64,000 nt of DNA from a virus. This document shows, piece after piece, positions 42,658 through 52,772 of this stretch; position 1 is the stretch's first letter, and every line of letters starts with the position of its first letter. The position numbers were made by a program, and so were the translations under genes. The stretch lies in the IMG/VR virus record IMGVR_UViG_3300011269_000001; one strand, given 5' to 3'. The notes beneath the pieces are model-generated. The model ran no database searches. It was given only the letters and a program-made list of their open reading frames with translations, and was not told the origin of the DNA.

Positions 42658-42968
42658 GTGATGGGCTTCTCCCCTTTGGCGATGCGGTATCGGTCAGTCA
42701 TGGCCTTGGCGTCCTTGAGGTCTTTTCCGGTGCGGCTGCGCAACATCCGGATAGCGTCGATGACCCGACCATCGTCGACAAGCCCCCGTTCGACCTCACT
42801 GAGGGTATAATCGCAGCGGGCTACCATGGCCATGATTCGATTCCGGGCCTCGGCAAGAAAGGTCACATCTTCGGGGCTACCTTCGAACGCGGCCCAGCCC
42901 AAGGTATCGATAACCAAGTCGCGGAGCTTCAGTACCGACTCTTCGTATTTTTCTCGTGTCTCGCTCAT
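42654..42968 (-). CDS. Protein with ribosomal L7/L12 C-terminal-like motif
   Basis: GRVIDAIRMLRSRTGKDLKDAKAMTD. Confidence 0.6.
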   Translation of the reverse strand: MSETREKYEESVLKLRDLVIDTLGWAAFEGSPEDVTFLAEARNRIMAMVARCDYTLSEVERGLVDDGRVIDAIRMLRSRTGKDLKDAKAMTDRYRIAKGEKPIT

Positions 42969-43638
42969 GTGTTCATCCTCAGGTAATCTCGCACGGCCTC
43001 GGCGCCTTCGGTCTTGACTTGTCCCTGGCGGAAAACTTCTTCATCAGCTCTGCGAGCATACTCCGGTATGATGCGGGTGTCAACCGGAGTCAGTGGCTTG
43101 GGGGCATGAGCTAGGACCAGGTCCCGGAGTTTTACCCAGGCGGTATCTTCCGCGGTCACAGCTGATTCATACGCCCGCGAGCCTCCGAATCGATAGAGGA
43201 TTTGAGCCTCGATGAGAAGGTCTCGGATGGAATCCAATTCCTTGAGTGCGGCGCCGGTTGGAGTCATGACAGACCAGCCTGCAACTTGTTCAGGAACGCC
43301 TGGGCCTCGTGTTCTTGGTCGAAGAACCCGACGTAGTAAATACCCTTCAACACGAACCACTGACCTCTGGCTGTTTTTTTCAACGTGTACATTCAGTCCT
43401 CAACACCGGTTAGACTACGTAAGTGCCGGCCAGCACTGTATTTTCCTGATGGCGAGCTGTACAATCCGTAGCCGAACGATTCCTGACTCGGTACCCCAGT
43501 GCCCCGCTGAAGCCGGCGGTGAAAATGTTAAAGGTCGCTGTTAATTCAGTTCCCGGGGGCTGTCAACCCCCTGCGGCTTTCGCCTGGGTAATAGTCTCCT
43601 CGCAGAAACTCCGACCTCCGAAAACGATGTCAAAAATA

Positions 43639-43782
43639 TGGGTGGACACTGGCAGGAATCGAACCCGCTCCAGCCCTGTAGGGGCTAAGGCTCCAGGCCT
43701 TGAACGATGACGTCAACCCGTCCGGAAAGACCTTAAAGACAGGGTCTGCAGTTTTCTCATTCTGCTTCACCCTGTGCGTCCA
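43639..43782 (-). ncRNA. 144-nt tRNA-like structured RNA of unknown class
   Basis: 7-bp terminal stem TGGACGC/GTGTCCA followed by C-CCA, T arm GCGGG-TTCGATT-CCTGC, three further arms, own promoter. Confidence 0.6.
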
Positions 43783-43801
43783 GTCCTCAGTTCCGAGACC
43801 C

Positions 43802-43830
43802 CTTTTAGCAGGCAAAAATAAAGAAGTCAA
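43802..43830 (-). promoter_or_regulatory. Sigma70-type promoter for the tRNA-like RNA
   Basis: TTGACT-17-TAAAAG, back-to-back with the + strand CAATCTT motif at 43840. Confidence 0.6.
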
Positions 43831-43890
43831 GCGCGGCGGCAATCTTCTTCTTTGCGAGAACCTGGTCTATCCTGTACGGGGGAGTAGCAG

Positions 43891-44208
43891 ATGATTGAAA
43901 TCGACGAACGCCAGCTTGACGGGAAACCGAAGAAAGTCGGGACCCTGCATGGGAAACCTGTACTACTTTTTCGCACCAAGGGCGGTTTCTACATGAATGT
44001 CATCATGAAGAACGGTGCCCCGGAGTGGATTGGGACCGGACCTCACGCGGCTGTTTGCCGTTACGTCAGCAAGCTCCGTGAACCCGAAGTGGTCTGGACC
44101 GAGTTGTCGAAGTCTGATTGGGTCGACCCAGCGCATTTTACCGAAATGATTCCCAAGTATCAGGAACTGACAGACCGCTGCAACGAGCTGTATCAGCTCA
44201 ACAAGTAG
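43891..44208 (+). CDS. Putative virion-associated protein
   Basis: RBS GGGGAG, CAATCTT at 43840, LSK|SD motif. Confidence 0.55.
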   Translation: MIEIDERQLDGKPKKVGTLHGKPVLLFRTKGGFYMNVIMKNGAPEWIGTGPHAAVCRYVSKLREPEVVWTELSKSDWVDPAHFTEMIPKYQELTDRCNELYQLNK

Positions 44209-44216
44209 GTCCCGCC

Positions 44217-45053
44217 GTGGCCAGACAAAGACCGTTTCAGATTCAAACGGAGATTCCGTCTGAGGCACTTCTGTTTGATGCTGATGCTTTCGACACTCAG
44301 ATACGGTCGCAGGGCGTAAAGCTCGACCATTTCATCGCCATGCGGTGTCCGGTCGGGATGACAGACCTCGACGATGACCGCCGACCTCATCACGACCACG
44401 TCAGCTGTAGCAACGGGTACCTGTACAAGAACGTTGGCACCATCACCTGCCTGCTGACCTCGAATCAGAAGACCAGCCAGCAAGACGAAGTCGGTATCAT
44501 GGACCACGCCACGTTCAACATGACGGCCCCGCGGACCTACGATGACCAGGAGAACAAGCTGGTCAATATCGCTCCTTTTGACAGATTCTTTATCCACGAG
44601 GACAATGTCGTGGTCATCTACTGGCAGCTGTTCCTTGCGCACCAGAGCGGCCAGGAACGGTTGAACTTCCCGGTTGTGGAGGTGATTCGGCTCGTGGACG
44701 CCAAAGGTCGTGAATATCTTTCCGGCTGTGACTTTGATATCATCCAGGGCCAGGTCGTCTGGAAAAGCCAGAACCGGCCTGGAGTTGACCCTGAGACCGG
44801 TCGGGGCCTGGTCTGCTCCATCCGCTACACCTACCGGCCGTTCTTCTACGTGGGCCCGATTCTCCACGACGTCCGGGTGGCAATGAACATCGACCAGCAG
44901 ACCGGGGAATCAAAAATAATTCGTATGCCACAGTCAGCCCTGGTCCACCGTGAATTCGTGTTCTTGAATGAACAACACGACCATGAGGCCAAAGACAGTA
45001 CCAGCGCCCGGCAGATGTACGGGCCTGCCCAAGGTGGATTCGGTCCCAAGTAA
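44217..45053 (+). CDS. Head-closure/neck protein (Herelleviridae-like)
   Basis: GTG start; AMRCPVG...CSNGYLY, APFDRF, SIRYTYRPFFYV. Confidence 0.6.
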   Translation: MARQRPFQIQTEIPSEALLFDADAFDTQIRSQGVKLDHFIAMRCPVGMTDLDDDRRPHHDHVSCSNGYLYKNVGTITCLLTSNQKTSQQDEVGIMDHATFNMTAPRTYDDQENKLVNIAPFDRFFIHEDNVVVIYWQLFLAHQSGQERLNFPVVEVIRLVDAKGREYLSGCDFDIIQGQVVWKSQNRPGVDPETGRGLVCSIRYTYRPFFYVGPILHDVRVAMNIDQQTGESKIIRMPQSALVHREFVFLNEQHDHEAKDSTSARQMYGPAQGGFGPK

Positions 45054-45073
45054 TTGGTGGCAATCTTCTTGGT

Positions 45074-45943
45074 GTGGACCCACGCCAACATCGCTTTCTG
45101 ATAGCAACCCTCGGTTCTGATGGCGCTGCTGCCTTACTCAAGGCCGCGGAGCGTTCCCGGCCTCTTGGCAATGCCATAATCCCCCGTGCTATCCTGGCTT
45201 GGCTTGGTCTCGCCGCCCGTTTTGAGCACGACGGGGAGCTGCCGGGCAACCCCGGAACCCATGTTATTTTCAGAAAATCTGAATCCGGGTTCAGCGGCAC
45301 TATCAGGGTCAACGACGAAACCTATACCTTCCAGGACGCTAATCTCTACCGGGTAGCTGCAGGTATTGGAGTAGCTCTGGGAGCTGATTCTTCCCCTCTG
45401 AGCGAAGAGCTTCGAGACCTGGACCTGGTCAAGCTTGGCCGAACTCTTGATGCTCTCGTGGTGACCGGGGAACTGAGGAAGACTCAGCTCCCAAAGACCG
45501 GACTGCGATTGGACCGAGCAGGAATTCTAACTGACTCAAAAATTTTAGCCACGGCTAATAGGGCAACTCGCAAGGCTGAACTTCCCGGCCAGACCGCGAA
45601 GCCCATCCAGCAACAGGGTCCGATTGCAGCCGAGGTCCCGAAAAAGCAGCCCAAGCAAGTCCAATCGAATCTCCCGAAGAAAGCCGGGGCCGTCAAGCTC
45701 CCGAAGACCCCTAGCCTCAAAGTTGGCAAATCCGAGGCCCGGCGACTCTGTGAGTTCTGCGACCGGCCGCAATTTAAGGCCGACAAGTTCATCGGCTGCG
45801 CCTGTCTTCAGGACCTGGCCAAAAGTATCAACACCACGGCCTTTGGCGACGGATATGTTCTGGAGTTCAAGGGCCGGGAATGGGATGAGGATTCAGTGAG
45901 ACTTCTCATTCAAACCTTGCGAGGAGAGTCCAGTGGCACGTAA
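45074..45943 (+). CDS. Putative virion-associated protein
   Basis: CAATCTT 13 nt before the start; LLK|AA, FRK|SE, TRK|AE, VGK|SE, LAK|SI motifs; CxxC...CxC. Confidence 0.55.
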   Translation: MDPRQHRFLIATLGSDGAAALLKAAERSRPLGNAIIPRAILAWLGLAARFEHDGELPGNPGTHVIFRKSESGFSGTIRVNDETYTFQDANLYRVAAGIGVALGADSSPLSEELRDLDLVKLGRTLDALVVTGELRKTQLPKTGLRLDRAGILTDSKILATANRATRKAELPGQTAKPIQQQGPIAAEVPKKQPKQVQSNLPKKAGAVKLPKTPSLKVGKSEARRLCEFCDRPQFKADKFIGCACLQDLAKSINTTAFGDGYVLEFKGREWDEDSVRLLIQTLRGESSGT

Positions 45944-46337
45944 GATTAACCCGCCCCGTTGGCTGGGCCGCCCGATAGTCGACCCTCATCACGCCAACGT
46001 CCTGGAGCGCAATGCAGCTGCCCATGAGTTCTTGCACGGCCACCGGCGTGAAGACGCCGAACGAAAGGCTCATGAGGATTATCGGAAGGAATTCCATGAG
46101 AAGGCCGCTGGCCATCATCTCCAGGGCATGAAGATTGCCCAGGCTGCCGGCGAGCCTAACCATGCCCACAAGCATCGTCTTCTCTATGACCTGCACATGA
46201 AGGCTCTTAATCTTGACCCTATGGCAGCTGTACCGGCGCAGATTCAAGCCCACGCTGAGCAGAATCCCGGCCGGGCCACGTTTTACAAGTTTCACCCACA
46301 CAAAGGGGACTTGTTCCTCTTTGAACCGAAAGAGTAA
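45933..46337 (+). CDS. His-rich hypothetical protein
   Basis: Overlaps the end of the upstream gene; RBS GAGGAG. Confidence 0.55.
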   Translation: MARKINPPRWLGRPIVDPHHANVLERNAAAHEFLHGHRREDAERKAHEDYRKEFHEKAAGHHLQGMKIAQAAGEPNHAHKHRLLYDLHMKALNLDPMAAVPAQIQAHAEQNPGRATFYKFHPHKGDLFLFEPKE

Positions 46338-46339
46338 CC

Positions 46340-47350
46340 ATGGCAAGCGTATTCACAGAAAACAACTGGCAACAGCTGACTCCGCTGCCGACTCCCCGGG
46401 CAGTGACCTGGGCTTTGGCCCGTCAGTGGCCGGGACAGGCAAACGCTATCTATCAGGTCGGCGGCTTCAGAGGTACCGGCACCCCGACTACAGCCGGCTA
46501 CACCGCTGACATCGAAAGAACCCCCGTCAACGGAGATGGAACCCTCGGCCAGCCAGTAGTTGCTGGACAGATTCCGGTCGGCGCCCGAGGTAACTGCGGT
46601 GCTACCATCTACAACGACAGACTCTACATCATCACCGGCGACGGCCCCGGGGCTGGCGTCATCAGTTGGTTCTGTTGGGGAAACATCCAAGGTGACGGTT
46701 CTATCTCTCAGATGAGTTTTGTCCAACTCCCGGAGCAGTTTGCCGGCTCTCGATTGGTTGTAGCTAACGGGTGGATTTACATCATCGGCGGTACCTTTGC
46801 TCCGGCAAACTTTGGGAACGGGAACATCTACAGTGCCCCGATTTACAGCGACGGGTCCCCAGGTCCTTTCCAGGTCATCAGTACTCCTCTACCGACTGGC
46901 AACATTGGCCTTGGCCACTCGACAGTTTTTGAGAAGGGCGGATATCTCTACCTTGCCGGTGGCCTCAACGGATTCGGTGGTGTCTTCAACGCTTCTGCGG
47001 GAATTTGGAGTGCACGCGTACAGGCCAATGGACAACTTGACCCCTGGGTTTCGCTCGGGGCCATGAGTACCCCCCGTTGGCGCCATGGCGTCGTAGTTGT
47101 AGACGACCAGATTTTCTGGGGCGGCGGCAACGCCGGCAACCCCCTGGCCACGGTTTTATCCAGTGTCGACACGGCGTATCGCGAAGGGGAGGGACAGTTG
47201 TCAAAGCTTCGAGTCCTTACGAATCCACTTCCGGCAGCCCTCAGAAACTGTCGACTGATGGAAGTGAACGGAATCATCTACAGCATCGGCGGTGCCGACG
47301 GAACAAACACAGCTCTGGCCGCGGTGAACGCCCTTAGTGTTAAGTGGTAA
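46340..47350 (+). CDS. Kelch-repeat beta-propeller protein
   Basis: Repeats IYQVGG, LYIITG, IYIIGG, LYLAGG, IFWGGG, IYSIGG with DG-L/W turns. Confidence 0.75.
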   Translation: MASVFTENNWQQLTPLPTPRAVTWALARQWPGQANAIYQVGGFRGTGTPTTAGYTADIERTPVNGDGTLGQPVVAGQIPVGARGNCGATIYNDRLYIITGDGPGAGVISWFCWGNIQGDGSISQMSFVQLPEQFAGSRLVVANGWIYIIGGTFAPANFGNGNIYSAPIYSDGSPGPFQVISTPLPTGNIGLGHSTVFEKGGYLYLAGGLNGFGGVFNASAGIWSARVQANGQLDPWVSLGAMSTPRWRHGVVVVDDQIFWGGGNAGNPLATVLSSVDTAYREGEGQLSKLRVLTNPLPAALRNCRLMEVNGIIYSIGGADGTNTALAAVNALSVKW

Positions 47351-47893
47351 CATGAGAATTGAAACACTTAAATATTTTCGGAGCCTAATCAAAGCCACGT
47401 TGGAAGGGAAGTTCGGTGGCGATACTTTTGAGCTGCCACCCGAGCACCGGGCCGGGATGCGAGTGCCCAAAGGCGGCAGTTCCTGTGCAAACTGCAAATT
47501 TCTAGTTCCTGGTAACAAGTGCAAGAACGAGTACTGGGTGGCATGGCACGGTGGTGACAACAAGATTCCGGCTCCGGCAGATGAATATTGCTCGGATTTT
47601 TACGAGCCTCGTCGTGGTACAATGGAGAAATAGAATGTTCGAATACAAAGGCTACAAGTTTGAGGTCAAGGAAACGCGCGGGTTTTCTCTCTGGAATCCG
47701 GACCCGATGACCGGTGGGGTGAATGGCGAATTTCGAGTCACCGACAACGGCGCATGGTTTTACTTCGGTCAGTCTGAACTCGGCTTCACTTTTTCCACAG
47801 ACCCTGAAGATGCTGCGCACATGCAGCGCGTGCTCATTGAGAGAGCGCTTATGGCCGTTGAACCACCGATGGTCAGGCGCGACGATTTCAACT

Positions 47894-47965
<72 letters not shown>

Positions 47966-48323
47966 GGGGGCAAATGAAGAACGTTGTGCATCAGTTCCCG
48001 GACCAGGTCATCAGCTTTGGCGTCAGGCCAGCCGGCTAGATTGCCAATTTCCTTCACGATGGCATCCCTGGCTTCCTTCCAACCGTTTAAGTACTCTCGT
48101 CTGTATTCGACCATTTTGAGAGTCTCGGCGTCCTTCAGGTGCTTTTCGAGTTCAGCTATCCGGTCGGTTGTTGCGGAACGGAGTTCGTGGTTCTTGAACT
48201 CAACTTCCATCCATTTCTCATTGGTACGGGCAAGCTGAGACCGGAGATTGTAATACTCCAGCAACAAGTCTTCGTAGTTACTTGGTATGGGTGGTCCGTC
48301 TTTTGCTGCTTCGCTGAAGCTGC

Positions 48324-49244
48324 TCATTTCCCTGCATTGCCGACAAAGAATCCGCCTGGTGCAGGTTCACCAAGGAGAACATTCCCGGTAGCTTTGACGC
48401 CTGGGCCAACATGAAAATCATTCGGTATATAAGGTCCAATGACTTTGGGATTCTGGCTCCCGGCCAGGACGGCAACCGAAATTCCTAGTTGTCCAAGACC
48501 CCGGGTCTTGTCGTTCCTGATGACGAAATCAAACCAGGTCTCGGGGATACCCTTCTGCTCCTGTTCGCTGGCATGGCCTTTGACCCCGACTTCCGGCCTC
48601 GACTCAACTTCGACGTTCTGAATCTTGACGGTCATGCCCCCGACCCTTTTGACTTCAAGGAGTTCGTTCCTGAATCGCCCGTCGCTGATGATGACCATGG
48701 ACGGGGGAAGAATACCTTCAAAGTCAAAGATTCCTCGTTCCCGGTAGTAACCGTATCCGCCTTCCAGCAGGTCAGCCGCGGCACGAAGAGCGAAGCGTAT
48801 CCAGAGGTTCTTGTCCACGGCTCGACCAAACTCCGTACCTAGGGTCTGCAAGGCCACCCGGGGGCTGAGTCCAACAACTTCGTTTATGAATGTTTTTGGA
48901 ACAGCTAGACGTCTGACTAGGTAGAACCAATCGGTCAATTTATTCCGTTTGGGGCCATCAAGATTCATCTCATCAAGGAAATCGTGTCTATGGTTAAGGA
49001 ACCGGTCATACGATTCTTGCCAAAAAGCGGTTGAGTTTTGAAGGCTAGGTTCGTGGATAGCGTTTCGAGATTCGCTGGGTCCCCAGAGTTGGTCGTTGGA
49101 AAAAAGAAAAATCTTTTGGGCGAAGCGCTTCATCGGGTCGGCGAGACTCAACTTGATGGCTCCGTAGTCCTTCACCAGGAAGTCGGCGACTGTATCCTTG
49201 CCGCTACCTGCCTGTCCAACGAGAATTAGAATCGGGGTACTCAT
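48324..49244 (-). CDS. Deoxynucleoside monophosphate kinase
   Basis: GQAGSGKDT P-loop, LADPMKR, PRVALQTLGTEFGR, ISDGRFRNE, HASE. Confidence 0.85.
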   Translation of the reverse strand: MSTPILILVGQAGSGKDTVADFLVKDYGAIKLSLADPMKRFAQKIFLFSNDQLWGPSESRNAIHEPSLQNSTAFWQESYDRFLNHRHDFLDEMNLDGPKRNKLTDWFYLVRRLAVPKTFINEVVGLSPRVALQTLGTEFGRAVDKNLWIRFALRAAADLLEGGYGYYRERGIFDFEGILPPSMVIISDGRFRNELLEVKRVGGMTVKIQNVEVESRPEVGVKGHASEQEQKGIPETWFDFVIRNDKTRGLGQLGISVAVLAGSQNPKVIGPYIPNDFHVGPGVKATGNVLLGEPAPGGFFVGNAGK

Positions 49245-49985
49245 TTCTGTTCTCCTATCCATTTCGTCCAACAAGTTCTGCAACCGCACCGGGGCTCGCG
49301 CTTGCCCTGGTACTTATTGGCATAGGAACATTTTTCTTTCTTTGCTTTCATTTGTACTTCCTCCTACTGCCACGGCGCCGAGTCGAACGGCGGTCTTCCC
49401 ACCTATAAGACGGGGCTCTGCCCTTGAGCTACCGTAGCCAACCCCTCTAAACTTTGTGAGTCACCTTGATTGTGACCCCGAAACGGTCTCCAATTTGCAG
49501 CTTGTCCCAATCCCCAGGTAGCACTGGTATTTCCAGCGTCTTCAATCCGAAGATTCGGTCACCAACGAGAGCAGTAACGGAAACGGAGAAGACGTTTATT
49601 CCGGTGTCGCCGGTGATGTGCTTGCTGTCAACAATGTATTCAATGTTCATTGGACTTCCACCAATTCTTGTTTGGGAGTGGCAAAATTCAGCTCCAGGGA
49701 TGCTTCGAAAAGAGAGTTGAGTGTGGTCTCGTCAAAGAGTTCTTTCGAAACCAGGACCTCGATGCGGCTGGCGCCATATCCGGTCCACCGCTGCTGTTGG
49801 GTCTCGGGGACGGGAATCAAGGAGAACCAATAAGATTGCTGGAAGTTTCCCTTGGTGTCCTTGTATTGCTGCGAGAACTTCGTATCCACGCGGAACTTGT
49901 AGGCGATGGTGAACATTGACGTTTCCTTTCATTGTCGGGGCTGGCGACAATCTTTGAGAGTATAATACCACAGGTGGCCAACCGA

Positions 49986-51395
49986 ATGCACGTCTACATT
50001 TCCTGGGAGTCGGATACATTCCACGATGAGCTTCAGTCTACCATCATGGCGAACGATGCTGAAGCCATCCGACACCTAAATCAGCGTGCTGAGCACTCCA
50101 ACCTGATTTGGTCTAGCTGGTCTGCCGCCCGCGGCGGCTCGATTATTTTTCTGAGCGCCGGTCGGGGCCTGGCCGATATAGAGGCTGCACATCTTGGGGA
50201 GCTTCCGAACATTCATCAACAGTACGGCGACGACCTCGGCCAGAAAGTCAGTGTCGGTGTCGGTACCAACCCCTTTGAGGCTGACAGAGCCCGAAAGTTT
50301 GCCTGGAAGTTGGGTGGCGACAGAATTATTATCTTCGAAGAAGGCCTGGAAGACTTCAGCCATACCGAAGAGGAATCCGCAGAACTTTCGAAGGCCGAGA
50401 CTTGGCAGGACCTGACCCCGGAACAGAAGTCTGAGTTCAGGCGCCAGTACCGTGAGGACATCCAGAAGCTAGCCAAGATGGAATTCCCGATGGCTGCGGT
50501 TCGTGACGGCCAAAAATATGAAATCCTCGGCCCGCTAAGTAACGTCCAGGGTCAGTGGGGTTCTGACCACATTGTCCTTGCCAAGTCCGAAGACGGGAAA
50601 AAACATTTTCTCGACGCCCGTGAATTGTGCACCGATGGACAACCCCTGGTCCGGCCGGCTCCGCCCCGGTTTGGCTACCTGTTCAAGGCCGATGAACCCG
50701 GTCGCCACATCCCCAGTAGGCCCGCGGCACCGGCGAAGCCAACGATGTCCGGCGAGCACGAAGAGGCTCAAGTCGCCCAGCAGGCAGCCGAGGCCCAGCA
50801 AGCTGCGGTACCGGAGCAGACCGATGCCGGTGAAGGATTCCTTGGCCAGTTGAAGGCTCTGGCTGATGGACAGCAGGACCAGGACAGCCAGGCTGTTCAG
50901 GACGATGCCGGCGATGACCGTGCAGAAGTTAAAGCTACGGTGGTGAAGATTCTCAAGGACATCCAGGCTAAGAGTCCGAACCTGAACGAAATCCGCGAGA
51001 AGGACCCGGACCTCTACAATTCCATCTCCGGACTGGTCAAGGTGCTCATCACCATGACCCGGGAACTTGTCAAGGAACAACCGCAGCAAGCGGCCCAGCC
51101 GACTCAGAAGGAAGAATTAGACCCGGCTCATCCACCGCCGGAAGGTAGCCGGGTCCTGGATAAAGAGGACATCGAGAAAGCTGCACTTCCGATGCCCAAG
51201 GCTCCGACTCGACACGAACTCAACCTCCCTGTTGGTAGTCAGAAAGATTCCTCGCCTGGTGGTAGCCAGGATGCCGGTAAGCTCAAGGTCCAAGACCCGA
51301 AGACCGGCAAAGAGAAATGGCGCAGCGTTCGTGCCGGTCTTGTCATGGACCCCGGCGGTGCCCCGACTTCCAGCCGCAATCCATCAGGAGAGTAA
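49986..51395 (+). CDS. Putative virion protein with degenerate N-terminal mCpol-like (GGDEF-fold) domain
   Basis: VYISWESDTF...NDAEAIRHL...GGSIIF...VSVGVG...EADRA...GGDRIIIF. Several K| motifs downstream; CAATCTT at 49948. Confidence 0.6.
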   Translation: MHVYISWESDTFHDELQSTIMANDAEAIRHLNQRAEHSNLIWSSWSAARGGSIIFLSAGRGLADIEAAHLGELPNIHQQYGDDLGQKVSVGVGTNPFEADRARKFAWKLGGDRIIIFEEGLEDFSHTEEESAELSKAETWQDLTPEQKSEFRRQYREDIQKLAKMEFPMAAVRDGQKYEILGPLSNVQGQWGSDHIVLAKSEDGKKHFLDARELCTDGQPLVRPAPPRFGYLFKADEPGRHIPSRPAAPAKPTMSGEHEEAQVAQQAAEAQQAAVPEQTDAGEGFLGQLKALADGQQDQDSQAVQDDAGDDRAEVKATVVKILKDIQAKSPNLNEIREKDPDLYNSISGLVKVLITMTRELVKEQPQQAAQPTQKEELDPAHPPPEGSRVLDKEDIEKAALPMPKAPTRHELNLPVGSQKDSSPGGSQDAGKLKVQDPKTGKEKWRSVRAGLVMDPGGAPTSSRNPSGE

Positions 51396-51582
51396 TCGTG
51401 TGGAAAGGTTGGCCGCGAGACATCAAAGGGTTTTTGTGGGCAGTTTTTATCATGGTCGTTCTCCTTGCTGCTGTGCCGTTTATTTGGTCTGTAGACTGGC
51501 GCTGTAAACGGCGGGAAAAGCGGGGCCAGTCATTATATACATAAATTTTGACATCTCCGACATTCTCAAGCTCGGGGAAGAA

Positions 51583-52359
51583 TTGCGCCCCAAAGCCCAG
51601 GAAGTGTTCAGCGATGCCATGCGCGACCTCAGTGCACAAGCCCACGCTCACCTTCTTGAGCAGGTACAGAGCAAGCTCCATTCCACGAGACAGAAGTACA
51701 TCGACGCCCTGAGATTTGAGCAAGTCGAAGACGGGGCCTGGCTTATAACCCTGGAACCGAGTGCTCTCTGGATTGAGGAAGGTATTCCTGCCAACCGGGA
51801 GATGATTGACGACCTCCTGAAGAGTAAAAAGGCCAAGATGTCCAAAGACGGGAGCCGGTACCTGTCTGTGCCGATGCAACACAACAAGGGTCCGTCGCAG
51901 CAGACCCCGGCTCAACAGGACCTGACTGCTACTCTCAAGTCTGAACTCAAGCGCCGGAACATCCCTTACGGGAAGATTGAAAAGGATAGCGCCGGTAATC
52001 CCAAGGTTGGGCTCCTGCACAAATTCGACATCCGTCACGGGCCGATGAAGACCGCTCACGGGCCTGGTCAAGGTAAGGGGCTCATCGGCCAGGTCCGCCA
52101 GGGGTCGAGCGGGATTCCATTTCTACAGGGAGTCCGTGTCTATCAGAAACCGGTTAAGGACAAGACCGGAAAGACCAGTGTCCAGCGCTCAATCATGACC
52201 TTCCGGACCGTGAGCAGCAAGCAGAAGGGCAGCGGCAAATGGGTCCATCCGGGCCTGACGCCAAAACATTTCTTCGAAGAAACCGCGGATTGGGCGCTTC
52301 AGGAATGGGAACGTCGCATCAAGGACAAAGTCCTCGATTCCCTGGTCAAGAATCTTTAA
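51583..52359 (+). CDS. Putative virion morphogenesis/neck protein
   Basis: Basic; KLHSTRQKYIDAL...WIEEG...FRTVSS...WVHPG pattern seen in neck proteins of large myoviruses. True start may lie upstream. Confidence 0.55.
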   Translation: MRPKAQEVFSDAMRDLSAQAHAHLLEQVQSKLHSTRQKYIDALRFEQVEDGAWLITLEPSALWIEEGIPANREMIDDLLKSKKAKMSKDGSRYLSVPMQHNKGPSQQTPAQQDLTATLKSELKRRNIPYGKIEKDSAGNPKVGLLHKFDIRHGPMKTAHGPGQGKGLIGQVRQGSSGIPFLQGVRVYQKPVKDKTGKTSVQRSIMTFRTVSSKQKGSGKWVHPGLTPKHFFEETADWALQEWERRIKDKVLDSLVKNL

Positions 52360-52772
52360 CTGTTCTTGGTGATGATGTTCTTGAGCCGGGTGTAAGACGT
52401 CTGCAGGACGTCCATCAGGTCATTGATTGAAATCCGGTCGTAGGGATAGGCGGTGTTGAATCCCTGTGCCTGGGCTCCCAGGACCTGGATGATGATACTG
52501 GCTGTGTTCCGAAGCCAATCGGCTCGATATCCTTCCGGCTTCTTCCCGGCTCGTAGCTCTGACGCCATGTTCTCCCGCTGGATGACTCCCCATCGGAGTT
52601 TGGTGCCTTCGTCTGTCACCAGCTTAAATAAAACTTCGGTCGCGAACTGCATTTCTTTTTCCGAGTGCGGTGTTTCCATAGGGGAACAATCTTACCACAG
52701 AGGCCGTGAATACATACTTTCAGTATGCTTTGCGGGAATGAACAAATCCTCTAAGTGAAATAGCAGGCTGAG

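Noticed and set aside
43639-43782. tmRNA or tRNA-Sec
   Set aside because: Too short for one-piece tmRNA, with no G3-U70 alanine identity or tag ORF. The only TCA is not in a 7-nt anticodon loop.
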